A stretch of 64,000 bases of DNA from an uncultured Acidobacteriaceae bacterium (GCA_963796145.1 CAWCKO010000072.1:381-64380), one strand, 5' to 3'. Shown: positions 9,170 to 19,045, numbered from the stretch's first letter. Notes: a model not told the origin generated them from the sequence alone. Translations and numbers: made by a program.

Positions 9170-9317
9170 ACAAAACTAACGGTGACCAAGCCCTCTTGCT
9201 TGAGGAACGAGGTTTTTCACGTCAAGCTAGAGACGCTGAAGATCGTCATAGAGGCGTAATGCTGGTAAAGGTATCAGAAGGGGTCCTACCCCCGTGGCAC
9301 AAGCTGTTGCCCGCCGC

Positions 9318-9410
9318 GGCCCTCCAGCTTGGGAAGTTACCGATAATGCGACTTTGCAGCCACTTCGCAGGATCCCTTCAGGATTGCCCGTGATTCGCCC
9401 GCAATCCGCC
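9318..9410 (+). repeat. intergenic repeat family, copy A (modules 2+3)
   Basis: CCGATAATGCGACTTTGCAGCCACTTCGCAGGATCCCTTCAGGATTGCCCGTGATTCGCCCGCAATCC aligns with the copies at 10237 and 10843. Confidence 0.6.
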
Positions 9411-9517
9411 GCTGGTGGGTTTTGCCTATCGAGAGACTCTAAGTGAGCGGTTATGGCGATTTGGCATAAACCGAACCGAAAGACCAGCCACCTATCTGCC
9501 CGGTTGGCCGACCAACC

Positions 9518-9979
9518 TCAGTTTTGCTTGTAATGACGCGGATCGCGCGCATAAGCCCGGTCGATGGCGATTGCAATTCTGCTCATTCCCGGCGCAAGAG
9601 TAAGATCGAACGTTCGCTGGACGTCGCCCTTGTATGACGAGGCGTTTTCGCCTTCCAAGGTAATGTGCTGCGTCAATCGAGTTTGACTGTTAGGAAGCTC
9701 CTTGAACACCCACTTGCATAAAATGACTGCTCCTTCCAGAGCGATCTCTATCGTATACGAGTCATGCGGCTTGACTTCTCGCAGCCGCCACTGCCGCGGC
9801 GCTTGCCCGGGTATCTTGGTGGTACCGAGTGATCCACTCGTGAACGATCCATTCAGTCTAAATTCCGCAGGAGGGTCGTCCCAGTTTTTCACATAAGTCA
9901 TATACGTCCATGTAAACGCAGGAGTTGCCGTTGTCTCAACAGAATGCTCCGTCGCCCATGCGATGTCACTTATGTTCAT
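9518..9979 (-). CDS. SRPBCC/START-like (polyketide cyclase-like) small protein
   Basis: 153 aa. Size and sequence pattern fit AHSA1/SRPBCC-family proteins. Weak motif-level call. Confidence 0.55.
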   Translation of the reverse strand: MNISDIAWATEHSVETTATPAFTWTYMTYVKNWDDPPAEFRLNGSFTSGSLGTTKIPGQAPRQWRLREVKPHDSYTIEIALEGAVILCKWVFKELPNSQTRLTQHITLEGENASSYKGDVQRTFDLTLAPGMSRIAIAIDRAYARDPRHYKQN

Positions 9980-10182
9980 GCCTTACTTCGTCGCAGGCCA
10001 GTTAGTGTATATGAATCAGCCCGGTTCACGGGGGAAACACTGACGCTAAGGCTTCTGTGGGCGCGAACCAATCAGGGCGAGTCACGCATTGAGGTTGACT
10101 AGATAGCCTTGGGGCGTTTCGGGTGGATTGTCGCTACCCGGAAGTTAATTGTAGAGCAGGGGTTTGCTCTCTGGATGTGAAG

Positions 10183-10305
10183 CTCCCGTGAAACGGGGTT
10201 TTGAGTAACTTGCTTTGATACCCAGCGGGCAACATACCGAAAATGCGACTTTGCAGGCACTTCGCGGGATTCGCCTCCGGACTGACCGTAAACCGCCCGC
10301 GACGT
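10183..10305 (+). repeat. intergenic repeat family, copy B (most complete: modules 1+2+3)
   Basis: CCCGTGAAACGGGGTTTTGAGTAACTTGC ... CCGAAAATGCGACTTTGCAGGCACTTCGCGGGATTCGCCTCCGGACTGACCGTAAACCGCCCGCGAC. Confidence 0.6.
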
Positions 10306-10340
10306 GGAGATACGCGGATAACCTTCGGACCGTGCTCTAA

Positions 10341-10673
10341 GTGCCTGGCCTGGCAGGAGTAATATGCTGGTTACCGCTAATGAACGGGAGAACAATTGCG
10401 AACGGAATCGGCTGCCTGAGCGTTGCCTGCTCTCTGGCATTCTGGGCGTGGGCTGGCCTTTTCCTTTTCACGCCACTCAATCGGAACGATGCATGGTTGA
10501 ATGTAGGGGTCGGCGCGGGCGCGCAGTACTTGTGGCTGACGTTGTGGATTTCGGGATTATTGCTCGCCCTGATTTCCGCGGCGTTGGGGGCGAGAGTATG
10601 GATATTGGCGGCAATTCTGGCCCTTGCTTCGTTTGCGGCCGCAGCAGTCACGATTTCGTCGGTTCACTGGTGA
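10341..10673 (+). CDS. small integral membrane protein, about 3 TM segments (start GTG 10341 or ATG 10380)
   Basis: Strongly hydrophobic segments (CLSVACSLAFWAWAGLFLF; YLWLTLWISGLLLALISAAL; VWILAAILALASFAAAAV) with reasonable codon bias. The overlapping 10364..10795 frame looks non-coding. Confidence 0.5.
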   Translation: MPGLAGVICWLPLMNGRTIANGIGCLSVACSLAFWAWAGLFLFTPLNRNDAWLNVGVGAGAQYLWLTLWISGLLLALISAALGARVWILAAILALASFAAAAVTISSVHW

Positions 10674-10841
10674 GCCGTTCTATGACGCATCGGGTCGCCC
10701 ACATCTCCATTTCCAACCTCACAAAATGGGTGCCAGGGCTCGTCTCTGAGACATGGGAATGCATAATGCCCGTTTGGGCGGCACTCCAGAAGTAATCGCA
10801 TCGTTGATAAGCCGGCCCCGATCGCTGGCCTGGGCGAATTT

Positions 10842-10915
10842 CCCGAGAATGCGACTTTTCATGAACTGCGAAGGATGCCTTGAGGATTGACCCTAGATTC
10901 GCTCGCGACCCAAGG
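10842..10915 (+). repeat. intergenic repeat family, copy C (modules 2+3)
   Basis: CCGAGAATGCGACTTTTCATGAACTGCGAAGGATGCCTTGAGGATTGACCCTAGATTCGCTCGCGACC. Confidence 0.55.
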
Positions 10916-10978
10916 CTTGGCGTCTCTTGCGTGCACTTGGGCATTCAGTTCGTTCAACGACTCCAATAGAAGCTTCGC

Positions 10979-12412
10979 CTATGGAGGGGAGCGGGACGGC
11001 TCGGCACTTTTGCTCGCCCCACGATCAGGAACCTGCGTCCCGGCCTCCGGTACCCGCATGAAGAGGGCGCCCCCGACGTCGTCGACCACCTCGAGACTGC
11101 CGGGGATGCCATGATCGAAGGTCAGCTCAACCTCCTGGTTTGTGAGATAGAACTTCGACGGGGTCTCGGCAAACATCCGTGGGGGGGCACCCTCCGCGCC
11201 TTCGTTCTTGACGTAAAGATGACCATCCACGTAGGTCACTACGAGGAACACAGGGTGTTCTGTATCGGTCGAACGATACTTGCCGGCATAGGCGCGAAGG
11301 GTTTTTTCCGAAACATTTACCTCCTTGCCCTCCGAGGGAAGGATGGCGTCATCTCTTATGGCAAGATGCACGAGCTCGGTATCGAGGGGAAAGGTACTTG
11401 GCGTGGTGTGATTGCCTTCGCCGACGAGATTGGACAGTATGACCACAGTCGTTTTTGTCTGCGGAATGTAATCGAGGAAGGAGAAAAATCCGTCGACGGT
11501 GCCGTTGTGGGAGATGTCGAGGGCTCCATCCTCGGTGTCAATTTGGAGACCGTACCCGTAGTCGCCAAGAAACGGCGTTGTCATCTCGGTCAGCGATGCA
11601 GAGGATATTACTTTGCCGCCGTGCAGGGCTTCGGTCCAGCGAATCAGGTCGCGTGCGGACGAGTCAAGGTTTCCTGCGCCGATGAGGCTGGAGACGGCGT
11701 AGCTTTCGACGGCGACTGGGCCATGCGCAGATGGGCGGTAGCCAACGGCACGGTCGGGAGCCAGGTTGGAGTTGGTGTCACAGCCGGTTTCGGTGAGCTG
11801 CAGCGGACTGAAGATGCGCTCCTGAATGAACTGGCAGTAAGGCTCGCCACTGGCCTTCTCGATGACGCGACCGAGGAGCATGAAATTGATGTTCGCGTAT
11901 TCGCTTTTAGCGCCGGGCTGAAAATCAAGAGCCTTTTCCGGTATTCCTTTCATCAGTTCTTCCGGGGTGTGCAGGGGGTTTTTGGCCACGAGACCGAAGT
12001 CTACATCGGGAATACCGGAGGTGTGGTTTAGGAGATTGCGCAGCGTGACCTTACTCCACGCGCCGGGGGAGTTCGGGTAGAAGCGGCCAATGGGATCACT
12101 TGTCTTCAGCTTTCCATCCTGCTGGAGCAGTAGGATGGCTGCCGCGGTGAACTGCTTGGTAAGAGAGCCTATGCGGAAGCGCGTGTCCAGGGTGAAGGAA
12201 ATCTTCGATTCGAGATTGGCGTAGCCATAGCCATGTTGAAAGACGATCTGGTGATCCCTGGCAACAGCCACCATGCCCATAAAGCCGTCACGATTCTGGT
12301 AATAGGTTCCAGCTCGCTCCATGCGGTTAGCCAAACCCGGTATTGCTTGCGCCGTCGCAGGTGGGATTACCAAGACAAAGGAGATGGCTAAGGTCGAAAG
12401 CACGTACCTCAT
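10979..12412 (-). CDS. secreted serine hydrolase, beta-lactamase/PBP (class C-like) family
   Basis: Signal peptide, SxxK motif (IGSLTKQFTAAA), YxN (EYANINF), 477 aa with a C-terminal extension. Confidence 0.85.
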   Translation of the reverse strand: MRYVLSTLAISFVLVIPPATAQAIPGLANRMERAGTYYQNRDGFMGMVAVARDHQIVFQHGYGYANLESKISFTLDTRFRIGSLTKQFTAAAILLLQQDGKLKTSDPIGRFYPNSPGAWSKVTLRNLLNHTSGIPDVDFGLVAKNPLHTPEELMKGIPEKALDFQPGAKSEYANINFMLLGRVIEKASGEPYCQFIQERIFSPLQLTETGCDTNSNLAPDRAVGYRPSAHGPVAVESYAVSSLIGAGNLDSSARDLIRWTEALHGGKVISSASLTEMTTPFLGDYGYGLQIDTEDGALDISHNGTVDGFFSFLDYIPQTKTTVVILSNLVGEGNHTTPSTFPLDTELVHLAIRDDAILPSEGKEVNVSEKTLRAYAGKYRSTDTEHPVFLVVTYVDGHLYVKNEGAEGAPPRMFAETPSKFYLTNQEVELTFDHGIPGSLEVVDDVGGALFMRVPEAGTQVPDRGASKSAEPSRSPP

Positions 12413-12689
12413 CGGGTTGCTCCCAGAGAGCCGGAGTTGGATTCAGTATGACCGATTCAAAGGAATGAGAGTAGGACGCCCCTACAAATTTCTGCCGGTC
12501 ACGAAAAGAGGAGCTGGAATGCAATCCACTCACATCTCCTGTTACGAATCATTCTTGGGAAGCTGGGCAGCTTTCATTTCCTCGACTGGCGATATCAGGC
12601 CAAACGCACCCATTGAGATTTCTATCGGACCTTCTTCAGGAGGTGTCTAGGGCATGCTCGACAACTCGGACCTCATGCACCGACTAAGG

Positions 12690-12760
12690 ATCTAAGCTTG
12701 CATATCGAAGTGCCAGAAAAACGGGATTTCCGGTAACTTGACGGGATCAGCGCTCCGTTG
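12690..12760. repeat. intergenic repeat family, copy E (module 1, preceded by an inverted fragment of module 2)
   Basis: CCAGAAAAACGGGATTTCCGGTAACTTGA (12713..12741) matches module 1. ATCGAAGTGCC is the reverse complement of GGCACTTCG from module 2. Confidence 0.45.
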
Positions 12761-12770
12761 TCTCTTGACC

Positions 12771-14848
12771 CTAGGGCTGGACGTTGGTCACACCTTCTTG
12801 GCCGCCCTTGGGGAAATGCTTCTCGTACCAGGCAATCGATCGGTCGGCAGCGTCGATCTGGTGTTTGATCTCGGAGAGGCCATGTCCTTCTCGGGGATAT
12901 CGGACGAAAACCGTCTCCACTCCCACGTCTTTGAGGGCAATGAAAAGTTGCTCCGCTTCGGCTATGGGAACATCGTTGTCGTTCTCGCCGTGGAGGATGA
13001 GTGTCGGCGTATGCGCGGCAGCGATATGCTTCAGTGCTGAGCGTTCCCACGCCAGGTCCATCAGGTTTCCCTGGTGCAGGAATTGTCCAAACTCCATCTC
13101 CTCGTATTGGTTGTAGTAGGTCATGTAGTTGTAGCTAACCAGATTCGAGATTCCGGCCGTGGGGATCGCCGCCTTGAATTCGTTGGTCTGCGTGATGAGC
13201 CAATCGGTGAGTTGACCGCCGTAGCTCACTCCCTCGATCCCCATACGTTCTCGATCAATCCACAAATAGCGCCTGACCGCCGCGTTCACTCCGTAGAGAA
13301 CGTCCTGCCCCTCATTGCCGTCCTGGTCGCCAAAGACTGCGTCGGCAAACTTCTGCCCGTAACCAGTGGAACCCCGATAGTTCACATTGAGCACCGCATA
13401 ACCGTGCGCGGCGTAGACCTGGTTCTTGAAGTTGAACCATGAGCCATTGGCTCCGTGTGGTCCCCCATGAATGACCACGATGAGTGGATGCTTCGACGTG
13501 GCAGTCATGCCGAGGGGTTTGGTGAGAAACGCTTCCACCTCGAACCGGTTGTCGTTGCTGACGAAGGTGAAGGGTTCAACTTCGGCGATGGTTTTGTTCC
13601 CGAGAAGTTCCTGGTTGAGATCAGTAAGTTTGCGCGGCGGGGCGGCGCCGGATTTGTAGTAAAGCTGATAGGCATCACGCGGCGTTGTCAAAGCGTAAGC
13701 GATCGCGCCGTTACTGCCGGCCGACCAGCCTCCAACACTGCCCTGATCCATTAGACCATGTATTCAGGGACCACGTATTCAGGCTGGCCGCCAGTGATAG
13801 GCAGGCGCACCAGATGACTACTGCCGTGTTCCTGCACAGTGAAATAGACGGCGCTGCCATCGGGGGCCCACTGGGGCGTGCCCTGACGATTATCGATCGC
13901 GCTGCCGATTTCGCGGCGGTCGCTGCCGTCGGCGTTCATGATCCAGACATGCGTGTCTTCCATGGTCGTTTCGCGGTCGGTGAGGCCACGGCGCGTGGCT
14001 CGATAGGCGATCGATTTTCCGTCAGGCGACCAGAGAGGACCGTATTCGCAGGATTCAGTCGCCGTTAAGCGGTGAATGCTGTTGTCGGCCAGTTGCAACG
14101 TAAAGAGGTCGTAGTTAAAGAACTCATCCTGATTCGGCTCGCGGTTGGAAGCGAAAACGAGTTGCTTCCCATCGGGCGACCAATCAATGGAATGCTCGTC
14201 GTAATTGCCTTGGGTGAGCTGGCGCACCTGCTTGGAAGCGATGTCCACAACGAAAAGGTGCAGCCGCTGATTGTCGTTGAAGCGCGTGAGCCCTTCACTG
14301 TAGTCGGGCTTGTAAAGGTAACGCGTGATGACCATAGGATCGCCGCTCGCTTGGGCGGCTTCTTCCCCGGCTGTGGCAGATACGAAGGCGATCTGCTTTC
14401 CATCCGGCGACCAGGTGAAGTCCTTTCCCGTTCCCGGCAAGGGAGAATTGGTACCCGCCAAAGCCGCTAGGAAGATCGTGTTGCTGCCATCGGGATGCGC
14501 GATCAAAAGGCCGTGCTTGTCTCCCTCTTCACTGCGGAACGCGACCCACTTGCTGTCGCTCGACCAAAGCGGACCGCCGGCGGGTTTGTCACCCCCCAGG
14601 CGGGCGCTTTTTTCGGTGTTCCGATCCATCACCCAGAGTTGGCCATAAGGCCGGCCGGGTCGATCGCGCATGGTGATGGTATAGGCAATGTAGCGGCCGT
14701 CGGGCGAGAGCTCCACGCTGTCGATAGAGCGCAGGTGATAAAGGTCGCTGCTCGTCAGCACCTGGCCATAGCCCGTAGCAACCAGAAGCACTGCACAGGG
14801 TAAGCCAACCAGGATGCGCAGCAACAGGGCCTTCAGGCGATGACGCAT
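12771..14848 (-). pseudogene. S9 family serine peptidase with TolB-like propeller, one frame break at ~13751..13765
   Basis: N-part has SPDGRYIAY, SSDSKWVAF, SPDGKQIAF, SPDGKQLVF, SPDGKSIAY blades. C-part has GVSYGGQ / GENDNDV / REGHGL. The two ORFs overlap by 1 nt, next to an imperfect 15-nt tandem duplication (ACCATGTATTCAGGG ACCACGTATTCAGGC). Start set at MRHRLKALLL (14848, GGGGGA RBS). Confidence 0.8.
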
Positions 14849-15016
14849 GGAATCCCCCACAATTCTGATTAGGTGCTGAATCTGCAACGCCATACTAGGC
14901 TGGCCAGCCGGGCTTGGTCAATGCGTAGGATCGCACAGAAAATGTCAGGCGGAGAGCGGGGAAGGGGCGATACGGGAGCAATTCACTTAGCCGCAAAGTC
15001 GGTATGGTGTTAGATC

Positions 15017-15259
15017 TTAGCGGCTGTGCCGCCTTCTCTCGCCCAAGAGGACAGCTATTATTCCCGAAAGAATTGGAACCAAAAGAACAGAGACTTCACT
15101 AAGGCCGCCCGCCACCGCGCCAAGCCCTAATCCCGGGTGAGTATGCCGGTAGGTCGCAAGCGTGATCGCTCCCAGGAGCATTCCCATCACTGCTAGCAAG
15201 AGACATCCGGACAGAGCACCCACCACGAATATCATGAAGGTGACGAGAGGCTTGGGCAT
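15017..15259 (-). CDS. small membrane protein (2-3 TM)
   Basis: 80 aa, almost entirely hydrophobic/Gly-rich TM segments with a basic C-terminus (ERRRHSR). Confidence 0.5.
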   Translation of the reverse strand: MPKPLVTFMIFVVGALSGCLLLAVMGMLLGAITLATYRHTHPGLGLGAVAGGLSEVSVLLVPILSGIIAVLLGERRRHSR

Positions 15260-15392
15260 AATCAGAAGTGTAAATCCTCACGAAACGGGTTGCTCACGCC
15301 GTTGAGCATGGGGGAGCCCAGATTGTGATTGGCCAAAGTCCGGAAAAGTGAAGCGTGTGTGGTTAAATCACTCCATCGTGGAGGCTAACTAC

Positions 15393-15602
15393 ATGAACTT
15401 CTTGAAAACCTGTCTGGCAGTTATGCTTGGGCTTCTTCTAGGCGTTTCGCTTTATCGCCCAAACCAGGCCAAAGCCGCCGGCAATGTGTACGTCCAGCAG
15501 GTACCAGTGGGTGTGTATAACCCTATTCGCGGTACGACGGTGGTCGGCTTCTCCTGCACCGGCTCGGGCAATAATGCTGCTTGCTACATTGCGAGTCAAT
15601 AA
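15393..15602 (+). CDS. small secreted protein (69 aa)
   Basis: GGAGG RBS before the ATG at 15393. Signal peptide MNFLKTCLAVMLGLLLGVSLYRPNQAKA, then a short mature part with two Cys. Confidence 0.5.
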   Translation: MNFLKTCLAVMLGLLLGVSLYRPNQAKAAGNVYVQQVPVGVYNPIRGTTVVGFSCTGSGNNAACYIASQ

Positions 15603-15654
15603 AGGCTCAGCGTTTGGTCGTCGGAAGCACCGGCTCTCTAGCCAGCCTCTCCCC

Positions 15655-15694
15655 TTGACATTCGACAAGTGAAAGCTTAACGTCTTGTCGAATG
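15655..15694 (+). promoter_or_regulatory. putative padR promoter (TTGACA-17 nt-TAACGT) overlapped by an 11-bp perfect inverted repeat operator
   Basis: CATTCGACAAG (15659..15669) - 14 nt - CTTGTCGAATG (15684..15694), 16 nt upstream of the PadR ATG at 15710. Confidence 0.55.
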
Positions 15695-15709
15695 CCGAGA
15701 GGTAAAGAA

Positions 15710-16054
15710 ATGGGATCCACTACCGATCTCTTGCAGGGTACTCTGGATCTCTTGATTCTGAGAACTCTGGCTGTTGGGGCAATGCACGGCTGGGGGATTG
15801 CGCAACGCATCCAACAAGTCTCCAACGATGTGCTTCAGGTTGGGCAGGGGTCGTTGTATCCGGCCCTGCATCGGTTGGAATACAAGGGCTGGATCCGGGC
15901 GGAGTGGGGTCCGTCACAGAGCAATCGGCGTGCCAAGTACTACTCCCTTACCACAAAGGGAAAAAGGCGGTTGGAGGCGGAACGCGACAGCTGGGACCGG
16001 ATGACGACAGCCATTTCGCTGGTGCTCAACCAGGCAGGAAGCGAGGCGCCATGA
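15710..16054 (+). CDS. PadR family transcriptional regulator
   Basis: LLQGTLDLLILRTLAVGAMHGWGIAQRIQQVS..GSLYPALHRLEYKGWIRAEWG..NRRAKYYSLTTKGKRRL. Its stop overlaps the permease ATG (ATGA). Confidence 0.9.
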   Translation: MGSTTDLLQGTLDLLILRTLAVGAMHGWGIAQRIQQVSNDVLQVGQGSLYPALHRLEYKGWIRAEWGPSQSNRRAKYYSLTTKGKRRLEAERDSWDRMTTAISLVLNQAGSEAP

Positions 16055-18696
16055 TCTTGGAAAGGCTGCGCGAATGGGCCACGCGGCTCCGTTTCTTTCT
16101 TTTCTGCAGAGAACAGCGCGAGGTCGACGAGGAATTGCAGTTCCATATCGAGGAGCAGATACAAGCAAACTGCGCCGCGGGCATGGACGAGGCAGAAGCT
16201 CGCCGGCAGGCGCTGATTGCCTTCGGAGGGGTCGAAAACTCGCGCGAAGCATGCGCGCGGCAGCGACCGACATGGCTCATCGAGACGATGCTGCAGGATG
16301 TACGCTATGGGTTTCGTGGCTTGCGGCGCAATCCGGCATATTCGATCACGGCGATTCTCACCTTAGCGCTGGGCATCGGGACCACCACAGCAGTCTTCAG
16401 CGTGGTGGATCGGATTCTGTTTCGGAGCCTGCCCTATACAGATGCGGGACGTCTCGTGTCTGCAGGGCTCACAGCTCCGATCAGCCCCAATGAATTTCTC
16501 CTGACCGACTCTTACTATGAATGGCGCGACCATCAGATCCCCTTTACTGCGATTACTTCCGAGCAGGGAACTGAGCCCTGCGACCTAACGGAAGAGAGAC
16601 CCGCCCGGCTCAGTTGCTCGCGTGTCGAATCGAGTTTCCTGCCCACACTGGGCGTAACTCCGCTTTTCGGACGTAACTTCAACCCGGATGAAGACCAGCC
16701 CAATGCTCCCAAGGTTGCGCTTATCTCCTACGGACTTTGGGAGCGCTCTTTCGGTCTCGATCCCACGATCCTCAACCAGACCATCAGCATCGATGGGCGC
16801 AAGACCCGAGTCATCGGCGTGCTGCCTAAAGACTTTGAGATGCCCATGCTCGAAGCCTCCGACATCCTCATGCCGCAGGCGATCGACCAGGCTGCGGTCA
16901 GCATTCCTGACAGCAATGCCGTGACTATGCTCTATGTGTTTGCCCGGCTCAAGCCCGGAGTGGGCATCGAGCAAGCTGAGGCCGCCCTCAAGCCGATGTT
17001 CGACTATTCGCTCAGCAAGGCGCCACCACGATTCCGCAACGAAGTGCATCTGAAAGTGCGCTCGGTTCGCGACCGGCAGATGCAGGACGTGAACCTAACG
17101 GCCTGGTTGCTCTTCGGAACAGTGATGATCGTCTTACTGATTGCGTGCGCCAATGTTGCCAGCCTGATGATGGCTCGTGGCGCAGCCAGAGAACACGAGC
17201 TGGCTGTGCGGACTGCCCTGGGGGCCAGCCGCGCCCGGCTGGTTCGTCAGACGCTGACGGAAGCACTGCTGCTCTATTTGGCCGCCGCCTTTACGGGATG
17301 TGCCGTGGCGGAGGTGCTACTCCATGTTTTTATCGTTTTTGCCCCTGACGGCATTCCTTTTCTGAATCAGGCTCACATCGATCTTCGCGTCTTTCTGTTC
17401 ACAATCGCCGTGTCGATGCTTTGCGCGGTGCTTTTTGGGCTCGTGCCCGCGTTACAGAAGCCGCGCGCCGAGGCGCTGGGAGGCCGCTCCCTGGGTTCTC
17501 ATGCGCGCGCAGTGTTGCGGCAGTGGCTGGTTTCCGCGGAGATTGCCGGAAGTATGATCCTCCTGGTAGGTGGAATGCTGCTGTTTCGCAGCTTCTGGAA
17601 GCTTGAAAATCAGCATCTAGGAATGCAGACAGCGAGCATCGTTACCGCGAGTATGTCGCTGGGCCAGCAAAGCTACCCGACCCAACAAGGCCAGATGGTG
17701 TTTTTTCAACAGGTGCAAGCGCGCCTACGGCGGCTCCCGGGGGTTAAGGTACTCGCCCTGAGCGACGCCTTACCCCCCGCGGGTTATCAGCACAGCATGC
17801 TCTACGGAGTGATTGGTATTGAGGGGAAACCGAAGCCGGAAGGGGGAACAGGAGGAACGGTTTGGTGGCGCTGGGTCACACCCGAGTACTTCTCTGCTTT
17901 GCGCATTCCGCTTGTACAGGGCGATGGATTCACCGCGGAGGAACAGAACTCGAACGGTCATTTCATTGTCTTGAGCAAAATGCTGGCAGAGCGGATGTTT
18001 CCTGGCCAAGACCCCCTTGGACAGCATTTGCAGCCGGGATTGCAGGGGCCGTGGTATACGGTCGTGGGCGTAGCAGCCAATGTCAAGAACGGTGGACTAT
18101 CCGGCGAGCAGCTTCCCGAACTCTACCGCCTGCGGCGCAACCGGGTGGAAGACTGGAGTCAATCAGCCTCGGTCATCCTTGAAACCACACTTCCGACAGA
18201 CGCGGTTGAGCAATGGGTTCGTTCAGAAATCGCGGAATTGGACCCGACGCTTCCGGTCCAGATAGACACACTCCACCACACGGTGCAACGGATCGCGGAT
18301 CGCCCGCGTTTTCAAACCATGCTGGTCAGCTCCTTCGCCATCGTCGGCCTCTTGCTGGCTGTGGTTGGACTGTACGGAGTGATCGCTTTTCTTGTGGCCC
18401 AGCGCAGGCGGGAGATTGGTTTGCGGATAGCCCTGGGCGCAAGCCGCGTCGATATTCTGCGGCTGGTGGTTGCCAGAGGGATGGTCCTGGTTGCGATTGG
18501 CGGAGTAGCGGGTCTGGTTGTGGCCTCACTTCTGTCGCGGTTGCTCAGCAGCCTGCTTTTCAGCGTGGGGCCGCACGATCCGCTCTCGCTTGCTGGAGTG
18601 GCTCTGGTATTGATGGCAGTTGCCCTGCTTGCGATGCTGGTGCCGGCCATCAGCGCGATGAATGTCGATCCAAATGTGGCGCTGCGGTGCGAATGA
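16051..18696 (+). CDS. ADOP-family MacB/FtsX-like ABC transporter permease
   Basis: 881 aa. N-terminus ..EELQFHIEEQIQANCAAGMDEAEARRQALIAFGG, two FtsX-type 4-TM modules, and the C-terminal signature REIGLRIALGASR...MNVDPNVALRCE. Confidence 0.9.
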   Translation: MILERLREWATRLRFFLFCREQREVDEELQFHIEEQIQANCAAGMDEAEARRQALIAFGGVENSREACARQRPTWLIETMLQDVRYGFRGLRRNPAYSITAILTLALGIGTTTAVFSVVDRILFRSLPYTDAGRLVSAGLTAPISPNEFLLTDSYYEWRDHQIPFTAITSEQGTEPCDLTEERPARLSCSRVESSFLPTLGVTPLFGRNFNPDEDQPNAPKVALISYGLWERSFGLDPTILNQTISIDGRKTRVIGVLPKDFEMPMLEASDILMPQAIDQAAVSIPDSNAVTMLYVFARLKPGVGIEQAEAALKPMFDYSLSKAPPRFRNEVHLKVRSVRDRQMQDVNLTAWLLFGTVMIVLLIACANVASLMMARGAAREHELAVRTALGASRARLVRQTLTEALLLYLAAAFTGCAVAEVLLHVFIVFAPDGIPFLNQAHIDLRVFLFTIAVSMLCAVLFGLVPALQKPRAEALGGRSLGSHARAVLRQWLVSAEIAGSMILLVGGMLLFRSFWKLENQHLGMQTASIVTASMSLGQQSYPTQQGQMVFFQQVQARLRRLPGVKVLALSDALPPAGYQHSMLYGVIGIEGKPKPEGGTGGTVWWRWVTPEYFSALRIPLVQGDGFTAEEQNSNGHFIVLSKMLAERMFPGQDPLGQHLQPGLQGPWYTVVGVAANVKNGGLSGEQLPELYRLRRNRVEDWSQSASVILETTLPTDAVEQWVRSEIAELDPTLPVQIDTLHHTVQRIADRPRFQTMLVSSFAIVGLLLAVVGLYGVIAFLVAQRRREIGLRIALGASRVDILRLVVARGMVLVAIGGVAGLVVASLLSRLLSSLLFSVGPHDPLSLAGVALVLMAVALLAMLVPAISAMNVDPNVALRCE

Positions 18697-18737
18697 GGGG
18701 CGAATTCGGGTTATATCCTGATCAGAACTTCACAATT

Positions 18738-19016
18738 GCCCTGCCACGAACCCGGGTGCCCCTCGATCCCCGATTTCCTGTGGAGCTTATTGGGTGCCGC
18801 GCACTTCACGCGCCTTTCTTTAAGAAAGGCGCACACGTAGTCATGTCCAGTGCTGCGTGCAGGAAATTCGGGTATCTCGCTCGTTTTCGCTAGATGTGGG
18901 ATACCACCGCACTGCACCCTGATATCCGTCCAGGTTGTAAAGGGGCGACCAACGGTCGCCCCCCACATCTCGCGAAAAACGAGCGAGATATGGGGCACCT
19001 GGGTTCGTGGCAGGGC
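18738..19016. repeat. ~280-bp nested palindromic intergenic element
   Basis: Outer 25-bp arms 18738..18762 / 18992..19016 (1 mismatch). Second arms 18873..18900 / 18962..18990. Internal perfect hairpins GCGCCTTTCT-TTA-AGAAAGGCGC and GGGGCGACC-AAC-GGTCGCCCC. Confidence 0.75.
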
Positions 19017-19045
19017 AGGATTAACGCCATTGTGCGCACTCAATT

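Noticed and set aside
10364-10795. 143-aa ORF with a good AGGAG RBS overlapping the membrane-protein gene
   Set aside because: The Cys/Arg-rich composition is not protein-like. The overlapping 10341..10673 frame encodes clean TM helices with better codon bias. The RBS-like string lies inside repeat copy B.
11111-12031. 306-aa plus-strand ORF
   Set aside because: Antisense to the beta-lactamase-family hydrolase, which has SxxK and YxN motifs.
15904-16050. N-terminal extensions of track ORFs (15904..16050 of the permease; likewise 25409..25600, 34391..34669, 45487..45591, 22441..22593, 31814..31942)
   Set aside because: The extensions overlap the preceding genes or lack an RBS. Internal starts match family N-termini and show stop/start coupling.
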